Source: Macrostomum lignano (taxonomy: Eukaryota). From it: a stretch of 64,000 nt of DNA. Both the position numbers and the translations under genes were made by a program. The stretch spans positions 27,373 through 91,372 of the forward strand of contig NIVC01000553.1 in NCBI GenBank assembly GCA_002269645.1, in the 5' to 3' direction. Below, in pieces: positions 1 to 12,530 of the stretch. The notes beneath the pieces are model-generated. The model saw only the letters and a program-made list of their open reading frames with translations, was not told the origin of the DNA and made no database searches. Numbering within the stretch: position 1 is the stretch's first letter; each line of letters starts with the position of its first letter.

Positions 1-1
1 A

Positions 2-1712
2 GTCCGACGGGTCCTCGGCTGCGGTCACTTCATGCTGTGCGCCCTGCGAGCCACCTACAATCAGTTGGAGAGCAAATACGGCGACTTATGGGAAAATGTG
101 AGCTTCTGGCGAAGCAAGAAAAAACAAATCGAAGAAGAGAATCTGCTCGATCCCGAGCGACCGTGCAACAGCCAAGCAGTGCTGAAATGGATGCAGAAGT
201 TCTATTTTGAGCTATTCCTCAGCTGCATTCCGATGGACGAGTGCTGGCACAATGCCAAGATTTCCTATACTATGCTGCGCTTCACTTCCCCGTGCGAACC
301 AGCAGATGCGGATGTTCGATCGGAGGAATTTCTGAGGAATTATCAGTAAGTGTATTGTCTAATTTTTTTTATTAATTGATGGTTTTTTATATACATGTAC
401 ATGTAGCTATATAGTATAGGCATTATTATTTTGAAATTTTGTCTAAAAATTAACCATCATATTCAGCAGAAGTCCTGGTTGAAGTGCGACAAGAATGAGT
501 AAAAATAGCTATATACGAGCGTACATCATGTACTTTCGTAGTAAGAGAAGACATTTCTTAGAAAAAAATAAAAGCTTTATAAAGCTACGCTCACGAATCC
601 CTATACTAATCCTTTGAATAGAAAACCCAAATTAAGCCCCTAGTAGTTTTTGGCTTCAGGTATTGTACAATCCATGGACAAATATTTGTACGGACGTTAA
701 TTGGTTTAGACAATTTTAGGTGATCAAGACATGTACAGGGAATTTATAAAATATAATAACAAGATAGGTCCGAAATCAAGAGTCAATCAATACAATATTT
801 ATTTTCACTTCTAGTCTAGTACGTGTGGATCATAAATTATAATTTTGGGCATTTTATATTGCAGCGTTCGACTTATGTAACATTACGTGTAATACAAGTA
901 TGTATAATTGATGAGGACGCACTTTTTCCCAAATTCCACACTAGCACATGGGCTTTAAACTTGCTAGCCTACTAACAACAGGCTATGGGCATTTTTTCTT
1001 CTCTTTATGTAATTTTCCTAGAATTCATACTAGTCAAATGATTTTGCCATACTTGTAGTTATAATAACATAGCTGTGCGGCTTTAGGGTCATAAATCTGG
1101 CTTCTGCTTTCGAGCTGGTCTGACAGCCACCTGCGCCTCACTCAATGCTGAGACTGCGGCGCCAGATGGTCTGAGAGGATGCGGGCGGTAGATTTTTTCT
1201 CATCCTTACAGGAGTCCTCCACAGGACTCTAATTGATTTATTTCTGAGACCTAAGGCCCGAAGGCTTCCCCACAAGGGGGCCGAAAGGTCGAAACCCATC
1301 ATAATTTGCTATGTAAACTTATTGTACGTAAACATGCTCGCATGTAGCTATAGTAAAAATTAAAATCTATAGATAATTGGCTGCCTACTACTCGTAGTAG
1401 AGTAGGTATAGCTATTTTGAAAAAAACAATATTAATATTTATTTGCTTCATTTTTCAATCCTAACTATAGAAATGTTTTGTTATAGTCAATGCTATTGAA
1501 AATGAATTTTGATTTACATCGCTAAAACAAACAATTTCAGAGAATTCGTCATATTCCTGCTGGTGAACATGCACGAATTGGGTCTGCTGACCGGCGACCC
1601 CCTACAGCAGTACCTCAGGCTGGTGCGAAAGAAGGGCAGCCCGCCAGCCAATCAAATTAGCGCCAGTCAGAAGGACAGTCTGGCTAAAAATATTGGCGAA
1701 ATTTTGAATTAA
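2..1712 (+). CDS. 3' end of an unidentified spliced gene (exons <2-345 and 1541-1712)
   Basis: Frame is open from position 2. Donor CA|GTAAGT at 346 (phase 2) joins acceptor TTTCAG|A at 1541 in frame, giving ...FLRNYQ-EFVIFLLVNMHELGLL...GEILN*. No family recognised. Confidence 0.65.
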
Positions 1713-2107
1713 CCATCATTGTCTTAAAATGAGAGAAACCAAAGGCTTTCAATACTGACTTTTCATTTTATGATTATCTATGAGACGACAGCAAGAGTTG
1801 GGAATTTTAATTTCGAGAAAATTAAATAAACAAGAAAACGATTTTAGTTGTGAAAATTGAATTTAGTTACCAGCCATTCTTTTGCATGTTCATTAGGTTG
1901 GAAGTAGTCATTGTTTATTCGAGCCAAGTTGAATCACGCCCGTGCATGATTTTATTGTTTATATATTTTTACCTGTAAGCAACTTTCGGGTCAACAAAAA
2001 TATGATTAATCAAGACGAGTTGAAAAAAGGGATCTACAGAAAATTGTCACTCGTTGGCGGGATTTGAAGGCCTGTTTTCTTCTGAAAAGTGCATCAGCGA
2101 AACAGGG

Positions 2108-2394
2108 AGCCTTTTATTGCAGGCAGTGGTTGTCACACAACCGGCGAGAGGCATTACTGCCCATTCCGTCGACTCCCCTGAGCAGGCACACAAGCGCGCG
2201 GATACGTACGCAGGCACACACTCACATAGGAGTGTACAGCGGCCCTAACTTTATATTATCGTTAGGCATGTACACTTCACTGTGCCTTGGGGGTTGGCCC
2301 TCAAGACCGTTAATTGCACGAGCAGAGCCAAGCCGAGATTCCAATTCAGCCCCAAATTAATTTGACTGCACTTGGAATCGAGCCTGGGCCGCTG
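2108..2394 (-). mobile_element. tRNA-derived SINE family B, 5'-truncated copy
   Basis: Clear homology to the reverse complement of 22568-22930. Retains B-box-like GGCTCGATTCC but lacks the A box. Confidence 0.8.
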
Positions 2395-2709
2395 TAGGCA
2401 AGCCTGAGCAAAACTTTTCAAGAAAGATATTTCTAGAAAGAAAAGACGCTAAAAAATGTGAGCTTTTCTAGAAACTACGATTACTCATTGATGAGCTAGC
2501 AACGATTTTTGCAATTCAGAAGTCCAGATGGTGAAATTATTGGGAATTAAGTGCTAAAAAATCCGAAAACTTAGTCGATCCTATCTCGCTAATTGGATGT
2601 CCTATTCTAGAGCAAGTTTCATCTTTACAAGCAAACTCAAAAGCTACATTTACATGTAGGCTAAATTAGAAGCACGATATGCAAACGTCCATCTCGACAG
2701 TACATATTT

Positions 2710-3015
2710 GGGGGGGGTGAATTAGCCTATTGGTTAAAGTGTCGGAATCAGAGGTCGGGGGTTCGATTCCCGATCCTACTGAAACAGTTGTTGTCCTTGA
2801 GCAAGACGCTTAACTCTGCATTGCTTCAGTTCACCCAGCTGTAAAATGGGTGCCAGCTTTAGCTGGGGTAATTGAGGCTGTGTGTGGCGACCCCCCCCCC
2901 CCCCCCCCAGTGCTTGGACTGAACAGCCGTACGCAGTCGTCAGATGCGCTGCGCAATAGCTGCGGCTGAGCTGTCGGTTGCACATCTGGCCTAATTGGGG
3001 CAGGTGTAATTAATG
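2710..3015 (+). mobile_element. tRNA-derived SINE family A with CORE-like central domain
   Basis: A-box TAGCCTATTGGT and B-box GGTTCGATTCCC, then TCCTTGAGCAAGACGCTTAACTC...CAGCTGTAAAATGGG. Homologous to copies at 5068-5366 and 41440-41710. Confidence 0.85.
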
Positions 3016-3194
3016 AGTATTGTCATTACTGTCACTTTGTTTCGACCTTGTATTTTTCCTTTGTAGCCAGCCTTTACAAGCAAAAGATTTTCTAAGAAAA
3101 AAGTGTTGTTCTCGGGACAATTTAGTGATACAACAGCTAGAAATTACCCCGAAGTTCGCTAATCCGCTTCGAACCTCGATTAATCCATCGGCAT

Positions 3195-4574
3195 TTATTC
3201 ACCGCCAACTGTCGCGACTACACCAGCCGGCCTATCAGCCTCCTGCCCAGCTTCATCAACCACTTCGCCGCCCCAGCCGTCGTCAACCGGTCCGGTCGAG
3301 TCTCCACGCCAGGAGGTGTCGCGCAGCGGCCAGGGCCGCCGCCCCAGGAACAGGCTGCCGCCCGTCTTCGGCCTCTTGAAGTGGCTGTAGAAATTTTCCG
3401 AGAACCGGGGCAGCCGCTCCGGCAGCTCGGGCGGCGGCGCGTCGGCTGAAGTTGTCGAGTCGGCCGCCTGACGACGGGTCAGCTCGCGAGAGATGAACGC
3501 CTCCGAGGCCAGGCAGGCGTGGAAAGCGACGGCGGTGGCAGCCGCAGCAGCGTCGAACGCCGCATCGACAGCCGCTTCGCTCTCCTCGGCAGATGTGGCA
3601 ACGGTTGTGCGGCTCGTCTGCAGCTGCATCGGCGGCATCATCGGCCGTAGTGGTCGCGTCCGACCAGTGAGGCGTCGTTTCTTCTGCCGACGACTGGCAG
3701 CCGATTCTGTTGACGCCCTGGTCGTTGCCGCCGCTGTTGCCGCCGTCGCAGTGTACGGCCTCGCTGGTGGCCGCGTATCGTTGGACACCGCTAGCTGGCT
3801 GATGAGGCAGTCCAGCCGAGCCAGTCGTTGACGGTTCTTCAAACATAGCGGACAATCCTCGCATTTGTCCGAGGAATCTGACGCCTGTTGTTGTTGCTGA
3901 TGAGGCGGCAGCGGCGGCGGCAACGGCCGGGCCAGCAGGCAGTAGCTTGACTCCAGCGGGGCGGAGGCGCGGCCGGCGGCAGCGGCTGCAGTTGCCGGCC
4001 TGCTGGCCGGGGTCAGGCGGACCAGCTGAGCCGATTTCTCCGACCTGCGCTGTTGCGTCGGCGTTGGTTTCGACGGTTCCTCTTGGCGGTTGAATTGTCG
4101 ATCTAAGCCAACTCCAGCCAGTCGGATGGCGCCAACATCCGCGTCCAGGCAGGCTCGAGCGCGCGCCTGGCGTCGAATTTCGGCACCCATAGTTCTGCCG
4201 ATGCCGGCAGGTCCGGTTGGGAAAGTCGCATGTTGCGGCTGCTGCTGCTGATGCGGCAGCGCCGGCACAATCCGCCGCACCCCGCTAAACGTGACGGAGC
4301 GTTGAGTTTTGCTTCGATTTTCTTCCAACGTCGATTTGGCATCGGTTTCATTGCTTTCGTTGCAGTCGTGATCGCTGCTCCGACGATGTCGAAGTATACC
4401 GCCGGCTGATGTTGTCGAAGCGACCGGATGTTTGCCGACGTCTCGGTTGGTGGCGCGGCCACGCAGACAGTTCGAAGCGTCCAGAGAGACGTAGTGAGTC
4501 CGCACGGTAGGCTTGTTGGCGTTCTGCTTCTGATGCTGATGAAGGACCCGCAGTTCTGCCAGCACGGTTGCCAT
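3195..4574 (-). CDS. Intronless 459-aa low-complexity orphan protein (Ala/Gln/Ser/Arg rich)
   Basis: Long ORF with ATG at 4574, coinciding with a GC-rich block in AT-rich flanks. Poly-Q/poly-A tracts resemble those in neighbouring real exons. No domain recognised. Confidence 0.55.
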   Translation of the reverse strand: MATVLAELRVLHQHQKQNANKPTVRTHYVSLDASNCLRGRATNRDVGKHPVASTTSAGGILRHRRSSDHDCNESNETDAKSTLEENRSKTQRSVTFSGVRRIVPALPHQQQQPQHATFPTGPAGIGRTMGAEIRRQARARACLDADVGAIRLAGVGLDRQFNRQEEPSKPTPTQQRRSEKSAQLVRLTPASRPATAAAAAGRASAPLESSYCLLARPLPPPLPPHQQQQQASDSSDKCEDCPLCLKNRQRLARLDCLISQLAVSNDTRPPARPYTATAATAAATTRASTESAASRRQKKRRLTGRTRPLRPMMPPMQLQTSRTTVATSAEESEAAVDAAFDAAAAATAVAFHACLASEAFISRELTRRQAADSTTSADAPPPELPERLPRFSENFYSHFKRPKTGGSLFLGRRPWPLRDTSWRGDSTGPVDDGWGGEVVDEAGQEADRPAGVVATVGGE

Positions 4575-5067
4575 GCTGTGACGGATCTTGAGCTGCAGGA
4601 CTGAGATGCTGGGCTTAGCTTTGGCTTTGGGTTTGAGTTGACCTGGCTGATCAATTCAAAAGTTAGCTCTCTCCCTCTTCTACTGAGCCTGTCCATTGAA
4701 GCTTTATGCCGCGGGTCTGTCGCTATTCAACTCCATTGAAACGGACAGCTTTTTCTTGGGTCCTGCGCAGAAGGGGAAACTGTTTCATTCTTCAGTTTCC
4801 TGTCGCAGCCCAGACGGTCTCAGCCGTCGCTATGGCAACAATGCTAATGCTCACGTAGTAATGTACAGCGCCGCCTTTGTATGAAAGAAGCACTACTAAA
4901 CTCTTATATGGCTTCCACGCGCTATTGCGGGTCAAATTTTATGGCCATAACGGGTGGGCCTTTAAAATGCATTGAAATGGTTGCAAACTTAAAATTAAAT
5001 GTACAGTGTCATTTGCATCAGATCCTGACTTAAAGTAATTGAATCGTTGAAAGTCAATAATGACAAT

Positions 5068-5366
5068 AATAATTAATTAAACCTGCGCTAATCGGCAGAT
5101 GTGCAACCGACAGCTCAGCCGCAGCTATTGCGCGGCGCATCTGACGGCTGCGTACGGCTGTTCAGTCCAAGGACTGGGTGGGGGTCGCCACACACCCTCA
5201 CTTACCCCAGCTGATGCTGGCACCCATTTTACAGCTGGGTGAACTGAAGCAATGCAGAGTTAAGTATCTTGCTCAAGGACACCAATTGTTTCAGTGGGAT
5301 CGGGAATCGAACCCCCGACCTTTCATTCGTAAGTCTGACGCTCTGACCACTAGGCTACAATCCCAT
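5068..5366 (-). mobile_element. SINE family A copy
   Basis: Reverse complement of the 2710 copy, with head TAGCCTAGTGGTCAGAGCG...GGTTCGATTCCC and AT-rich tail. Confidence 0.85.
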
Positions 5367-6111
5367 GTCAAGAAGCCATGGAGATATCAGCACGTGTTAC
5401 TATAACCATTCAAAACAGCATGCACTCAAGCACTTGGTTGAGATATGAGGCTCAAGCACACATGTAGTAAGATTGGAACCGTTATCAAATCCCTATAAGC
5501 GTTACATTAAGCTGTGAAAAATGCTGTACGACTATAGCTGTCCTGATAACAGTTTTTGCGAGCAATAAAATCCGCTGACCCTGCAATGCAGGTTAGAAGT
5601 TTCTGGAGTTTACCGATTCAACCTGACACAGATAGCAGTCTATAAAGCTTTTTAATAGTCACGATTAGTGTCAGTCACTAACAATTTATAACAAGCAGGT
5701 GTGTAAGTGTTTAATTGTCAGGTGTCACCTTTCGGACAAATTTAAACAAATCCATTTCGTGTTCTGGTACACACGGTAGCTCTCTGTGCTGACTAACTTT
5801 ATCAGCATAAATTGGAGCGAAAGCCACGAATCAAGCTTCATTGATTAACTATTCTGTTCGGTCGCTTCTGTACAATTTACTGCACTTTTGCGGCGGGATT
5901 CTCAGGTAAATACCGTCCGCTATCTATCTAGAACTAGCCTAAACCGGTGTAGAGATTTGCGGGGGTTGGCTCTCACGGCTGTGAATCGCTCGAAAACCCC
6001 AAGGTCAATCATTGTGCAATAAGTTCCAAATGAACTTAGTGCCAACAGCCAACAGGTTGGCATAATATTTACCTAAACAGTCACATTATTTACCAACAGG
6101 TCCTTAAAAAC

Positions 6112-9100
6112 ATGTCCGAGGTGTCTCACCTGACAGACCAGCTGTCCAAGGCCAGTTGGTCCTACCGCTGGTCCGTCACTGTTCTCCTATCCTACGTGAC
6201 AATGAAAGCAGCATTCGACATATTCATACTGAACCTGGCCACCGCCAACGTGCCATTCCACTGCGCCCAAGCCGTCATCGACAACCAGACCACAGAGTGG
6301 GGCAGCGTCAACATTAGCGAGCTCGCTGATACGGCCAACTTTTCCATCTTGGACTACAAGTGCTTTGCGCCGCAATTCGCTCGAGAGGACAACGGTCGAC
6401 TGGCACCGATACGAGTCATAAATGACTCGTCAGCTAGCAACAGGCCGTGCACCGCGTGGACTTATTGGCCAACGGAGCCAGGAAGACGGAACATGCTGAT
6501 GGAATACGATTTCGTGTGCGACAGAGCCTACCTGGCTGACCGGATGCAGACTATCATGCAGGTACGTAGTTGAGGTTAACGCAGAATCCAACAAATTATT
6601 TCAGTGTTTTACAAGATACCATCTCAGATTTGATCCGGTAGACGGTTGTAGAACAGGTATAGATGAGATTAGAACACAGTGATCAGGTTGCAGAGTAGGT
6701 ATAGATGAGATGAGAACAGTGATCAGGTTGGAGAGCAGGTATAGATGAGATGAGAACAGTGATCAGGTTGGAGAGCAGGTAGATTTCAATGTATATCTAA
6801 ATATACTAAATCTCTAAGGTTGGTTTGTTTGTATGCTTGTCCATAACGCTCTAGAGATTGCAATTCTTCACCATTATTTACTAAAGCAATTTTGAAACCG
6901 TCATTCAGGCAGGCATTTTTGTCAGCTGCTGTTTCGCTCCTCTGGCTGACGCATTCGGCAGAAAGTTGCCATTCATACTGTTCGCGTACATCGACCTGAC
7001 CAGCACAATTCTGGTTATTTTCGTGCGTGACCTCACAGCCCAGATGGTCTTGCGCTTCTTCATGGGCTTCGGCTCTCCCGCTGTGCTCACCGGAGTAGCC
7101 TATCTCACCGAGCTGATCTCTGAGGACTATCACGGATTGCATGGAAATTTCTACTGGATTCTGTGGGTAGTTGGCTACACGACATCTGGCGTTATTGCCT
7201 ACCTGGTGATGGAGTGGCGGCTGCAGATGGTTTTGGTTGCTGCGATAATTGGTTAGTTTTGGAGTGTCCGTGTGCGTCTGTGTCAGGTGTTCTCCAGTGC
7301 GTCTGTGTCAGGTGTTCTCTAGTACGTCTGTGTCAGGTGTTCTCTAGTGCGTCTGTGTCAGGTGTTCTCTAGTGCGTCTGTGTCAGGTGTTCTCCGGTGC
7401 GTCTGTGTCAGGTGTTCTCCAGTGCGTCTGTGTCAGGTGTTTTCTAGTGAGTCTGTGTCAGGTGTTCTCCAGTGCGTCTGTGTCAGGTGTTCTCTAGTGC
7501 GTCTGTCGTGTCAGTTACTTCAGCTGTTCAAAAACAAACAAGCACACCTTACTTGAACCTTCCAGCCACAGGCTACCTGAGCTATCCCTGGTCCCTGATC
7601 GACTCACCAAAGTGGCTGTTCGCCAGCGGTCACCAGTCGGCCGCCAAGGACTCTCTGCTCCGCCTGTTCCGTCGGCACGGACTCGACACGGCCACAGTCG
7701 AGACAATGAAAGTCGACGAAGAATCAACGAAACTGAAGGGCGAATCGGAGACGCTGCAGTCTTCCCAGGCGAACGCCGAGTTGGATAGCGATTCTAAGAA
7801 ACGACGTCGCCAACAGCCGAGCAACTTCGAGCTGGTCCGTCGGCAGCTGAGCCGCCTGCTGCCCAAGGAGAGCCTGTGCCAGAGCAAGTACCTGGCTGTA
7901 GAGGCTGCATTCACGGTTCTGTTTGTTGCTAACGCAATGTCATATTTTTCCTCGTCATTCCGCCGCGACTTCATCACAAAGAATCCGTACTTGAACGTGG
8001 TGATCTCTGGAGCGCTGGAGCTTCCGGCCGCATTCCTGGCTTGGTTTCTGACCGACCGCTGCGGTCGCCGGATTAGCAATATGCTGCTGCTGCTCCCCGC
8101 GGGGCTGCTCCTGATCCTCGTGCCGTTCGTGCCGCAACCGCCGGACGTCACCTTCGGTGCGAAGAGCGCCTGCGCACTGTTGTCTAAGTTCCTCATCACT
8201 GTGTCGTTCTGCATAGTGCTCATATTCGGGTCGGAGAGCCTGCCTACGAATATTCGGGCAACTTCTTTTATTATGGCGTCGCAGGTTAGTTGAAACTGTT
8301 CTGCTGTGGCAGTCTGAGCTTCTCGCTGTAAATATTTCTAGTCCAGTCCCGATTCTACACGTAATCTAGTCCCGATTCTACACGTAATCCAGTCCAGATT
8401 CTACATGTAATCTAGTCCCGATTCTACACGTAATCTAGTCCCGATTCTACACGTAATCTAGTCCCGATTCTACACGTAATCTAGTCCCGATTCTACACGT
8501 AATCTAGACCCGACTTCTACTCGTAATCTAGTCCCGATTCTACACGTAATCTAGTCCCGATTCTACACGTAATCTAGTCCCGAATTCTACACGTAATCTA
8601 GTCCCGATTCTACACGTAATCTAGACCCGACTTCTACACGTAATCTAGTCCCGATTCTACACGTAATCTAGTCCCGACTTCTACACGTAATCTAGTCCCG
8701 AATTCTACACGTAATCTAGTCCCGATTCTACACGTAATCTAGACCCGACTTCTACACGTAATCTAGTCCCGATTCTACACGTAATCTAGTCCCGAATTCT
8801 ACACGTAATCTAGTCCCGAATTCTACATGCAATCTAGTCCCGATTCTACACGTAATCTAGTCCCGAATTCTACATGCAATCTAGTCCCGATTCTACATGC
8901 AATCTAGTCCCGATTCTACATGTAATCTAGTCCCGGTTCTACATGTAATCTAGTCCCGATTTTACACGTAATCTAGTCCCGAATTCTACACGTAATCTAG
9001 TCCCGATTCTACACGTAATCTAGTCCCGATTCTACACGTAATCTAGTCCCGATTCTACACGTAATCTAGTCCCGAATTCTACATGCAATCTAGTCCCGAT

Positions 9101-9534
9101 TCTACACGTAATCTAGTCCCGATTCTACACGTAATCTAGTCCCGATTCTACACGTAATCTAGTCATATTTCTAAACGTAATCTAGTTCCAATTCTGTGTT
9201 TCGTATGGAATCCACGTGCTTTAAGCACTCCGCTAAATCCTACTGTACAACTCAACTCAATCAGGTGATGCGCCTTGGTCAGACCCTGGCTCCGGAGCTC
9301 AACGGCCTGCTACTCAACGTTAATCCAGCTTTCCCAAATTTTTTTTACGGCGGTTTCTGTGTGGCCTCAGGCCTGCTGCTCATTCTGCTGCCGGAGACTC
9401 ACAACAGACCCATGCCGGACAGCATTGCGGACATGGCCGGCCTCAGCCTGCCCGACGCCTGCCTACCGCGTGCACGTCGGCAACTGCAGCTTCAAAGCGT
9501 TGAGCTTCCATCGCGGCAGTCACCCACTGTGTAG
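6112..9534 (+). CDS. SLC22 / organic cation transporter-like MFS protein; exons 6112-6561, 6909-7251, 7566-8284, 9265-9534
   Basis: GT-AG boundaries are phase-consistent (0,1,0). SLC22 motifs: extracellular-loop Cys, EYDFVCDR, ADAFGRK, ELISEDYHG, DSPKWL, TDRCGRR, ESLPTNIRA, LPETHNRPMPDSI. Confidence 0.9.
6625..6785. repeat. 40-bp tandem repeat, SLC22 intron 1
   Basis: GATCAGGTTG recurs at 6681, 6721 and 6761. Confidence 0.85.
7265..7512. repeat. 25-bp minisatellite, SLC22 intron 2
   Basis: Unit TGCGTCTGTGTCAGGTGTTCTCYAG. Confidence 0.95.
8340..9190. repeat. 23-bp minisatellite, SLC22 intron 3
   Basis: Unit CTAGTCCCGATTCTACACGTAAT. Confidence 0.95.
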
Positions 9535-9589
9535 TGCAAGACTCAAGTACTCTATCTGGGGGATCAGGGGAGCGACGTGACGGACACCC

Positions 9590-10980
9590 GAGGAATCAGA
9601 GGATGTGACAGGCACATGACACATGAAGGATTAGAGGATGTGACTGGCAGAAGACACATGAAAGATCAGAGGATGTGACAGGCAGAAGACACATGAAAGA
9701 TCAGAGGATGCGACAGGCAGAAGAAACATGAAAGGATCAGAGGATGTGACAGGCAGAAGACACATGAAGGATCAGAGGATGTGACAGGCAGAAGACACAT
9801 GAACGATCAGGGGATGTTACAGGCAGAAGACACATGAAAGATCAGAGGATGCGACAGGCAGAAGAAACATGAAAGGATCAGAGGATGTGACAGGCAGAAG
9901 ACACATGAAGGATCAGAGGAAGTGACAGGCAGAAGAAACATGAAAGGATCAGAGGATGCGACAGGCAGAAGAAACATGAAGGATCAGAGGATGTGACAGG
10001 CAGAAGAAACATGAAGGATCAGAGGATGCGACAGGCAGAAGACACATGAAAGATCAGAGGATGCGACAGGCAGAAGAAACATGAAGGATTAGAGGATGCG
10101 ACAGGCAGAAGACACATGAAAGATCAGAGGATGCGACAGGCAGAAGACACATGAAGGATCAGAGGATGCGACAGGCAGAAGACACATGAAAGATCAGAGG
10201 ATGCGACAGGCAGAAGAAACATGAAGGATCAGAGGATGTGACTGGCAGAAGACACATGAACGATCAGAGGATGTTACAGGCAGAAGACACATGAAAGATC
10301 AGAGGATGCGACAGGCAGAAGAAACATGAAAGGATCAGAGGATGTGACAGGCAGAAGACACATGAAGGATCAGAGGATGTGACAGGCAGAAGAAACATGA
10401 AAGGATCAGAGGATGCGACAGGCAGAAGACACATGAAAGATCAGAGGATGCGACAGGCAGAAGAAACATGAAGGATTAGAGGATGCGACAGGCAGAAGAC
10501 ACATGAAAGATCAGAGGATGCGACAGGCAGAAGAAACATGAAGGATCAGAGGATGCGACAGGCAGAAGACACATGAAAGATCAGAGGATGCGACAGGCAG
10601 AAGAAACATGAAGGATCAGAGGATTTGACAGGCAGAAGAAACATGAAGGATCAGAGGATGTGACAGGCAGAAGAAACATGAAGGATCAGAGGATGTGACA
10701 GGCAGAAGAAACATGAAGGATCAGAGGATGTGACAGGCAGAAGACACATGAAGGATCAGAGGATGTGACAGGCAGAAGACACATGAAGGATCAGAGGATG
10801 CGACAGGCAGAAGACACATGAACGATCAGGGGATGCGACAGGCAGAAGACACATGAAGGATCAGAGGATGTGACAGGCAGAAGACACATGAAAGATCAGA
10901 GGATGCGACAGGCAGAAGACACATGAAAGATCAGAGGATGTGACAGGCAGAAGACACATGAAAGATCAGGGGATGTGACG
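9590..10980. repeat. About 35-bp minisatellite downstream of SLC22
   Basis: Unit GATCAGAGGATGYGACAGGCAGAAGAMACATGAAG. Confidence 0.95.
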
Positions 10981-11389
10981 GGTTTTTATATCAGGCAATA
11001 TTTTATGAGTAACGTTGATTATGAGAAAACTTGTAATCTTAATTTTAATTAGCTTTGTAATTTCTATTAGTACACACGCGACATCACAATAAAGTTGATT
11101 AATAGCAGCACAAAAGCAAGCAAAATAGCAAATGCTTGTTTCTTTTATTAGAACAGCAGCAATTGTAATGCTTAACATGTAAATAAATATATCAGTGTAT
11201 ATTTTTACAATCACAAGACTTATAAGGTTCCATGGCGATCGCGCTTAGTTTAACCCTCGCAACAAAAGTTGCAAAAATTTTTCGTAAGATGGTAAAAACT
11301 TCAATATAACGCAATAAATAACATGTTCGGTTACTGAAGAAGTGACTCTTTTTGTTGCTAGGGGGCGATTCTTGCTTGTAGTATTCAGG

Positions 11390-12530
11390 TTTGCTATGTG
11401 GAGCTAGAGTGTTGCTATGGGAAGCTAGAGTGTTGCTATATGGGGAGTTAAAATGTTGCTATGGGGAGCTAAAGTGTTGCTATGGGAAGCTAGAGTGTTG
11501 CTATGGGAAGTTATTGTTGCTATGGAAAGCTAGAGTGTTTGTATATGGGGAGCTAAAGTGTTGCTATGGGAAGCTAGAGTGTTGCTATATGGGGAGCTAG
11601 TGTTGCTATGGGAAGCTAGAGTGTTGCTATGGGAAGTTATTGTTGCTATGAAAAGCTAGAGTGTTTGTATATAGGGAGTTAAAGTGTTGCTATGGGAAGC
11701 TAGAGTGTTGCTATATGGGGAGCTAAAGTGTTGCTATGGGAAGCTAGAGTGTTGCTATGGGAAGCTAAAGTGTTGCTATATGGGAGCTAAAGTGTTGCTT
11801 TGGGAAGTTATTGTTGCTATGGAAAGCTAGAGTGTTTGTATATGGGGAGCTAAAGTGTTGCTATGGGAAGCTAGAGTGTTTGTATATGGGGAGCTAAAGT
11901 GTTGCTATGGGAAGCTAGAGTGTTGCTATATGGGGAGCTAGTGTTGCTATGGGAAGCTAGACTGTTGCTATGGAAAGCTAGAGTGTTGCTATGGAAAGTT
12001 ATTGTTGCTATGAAAAGCTAGAGTGTTTGTATATAGGGAGTTAAAGTGTTGCTATGGGAAGCTAGAGTGTTGCTATGGGAAGCTAGAGTGTTGCTATGGG
12101 AAGTTATTGTTGCTATGGAAAGCTAGAGTGTTTGTATATGGGGAGCTAAAGTGTTGCTATGGGAAGCTAGAGTGTTGCTATGGGAAGTTGTTGTTTCTAT
12201 GGGAAGCCAGAGTGTTGCTATGGAGAGCTAAAGTGTTGCTATGGGAAGCTAGAGTGTTGCTATGGGAAGCTAGAGTGTTGCTATGGGAAGTTATTGTTGC
12301 TATGGAAAGCTAGAGTGTTTGTATATGGGGAGCTAAAGTGTTGCTATGGGAAGCTAGAGTGTTGCTATGGGAAGTTGTTGTTTCTATGGGAAGCCAGAGT
12401 GTTGCTATGGAGAGCTAAAGTGTTGCTATGGGAAGTTTTTGTTGCTATGATAAACTAGAGTGTTGCTATGGGAAGCTAGAGTGTTGCTATGGGGAGCTAA
12501 AGTGTTGCTATGGGAAGCTAGAGTGTTGTT
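11390..12530. repeat. About 21-bp minisatellite with higher-order variant blocks
   Basis: Unit GCTATGGGAAGCTAGAGTGTT plus recurring variants. Confidence 0.95.

Noticed and set aside
1244-1300. Hammerhead-like element (GACCT...AGGTC GAAAC, a Penelope-type pattern)
   Set aside because: Stem II and GAAA are present, but the core reads TTTCTGA instead of CTGANGA and I could not find convincing stems I and III. At most a decayed remnant; an Infernal search would settle it.
2710-2790. tRNA genes at the SINE heads (also near 5300-5366, 22568-22640 and 41440-41510)
   Set aside because: A and B boxes are present, but there is no complete cloverleaf or acceptor stem, and each continues into a shared SINE body.
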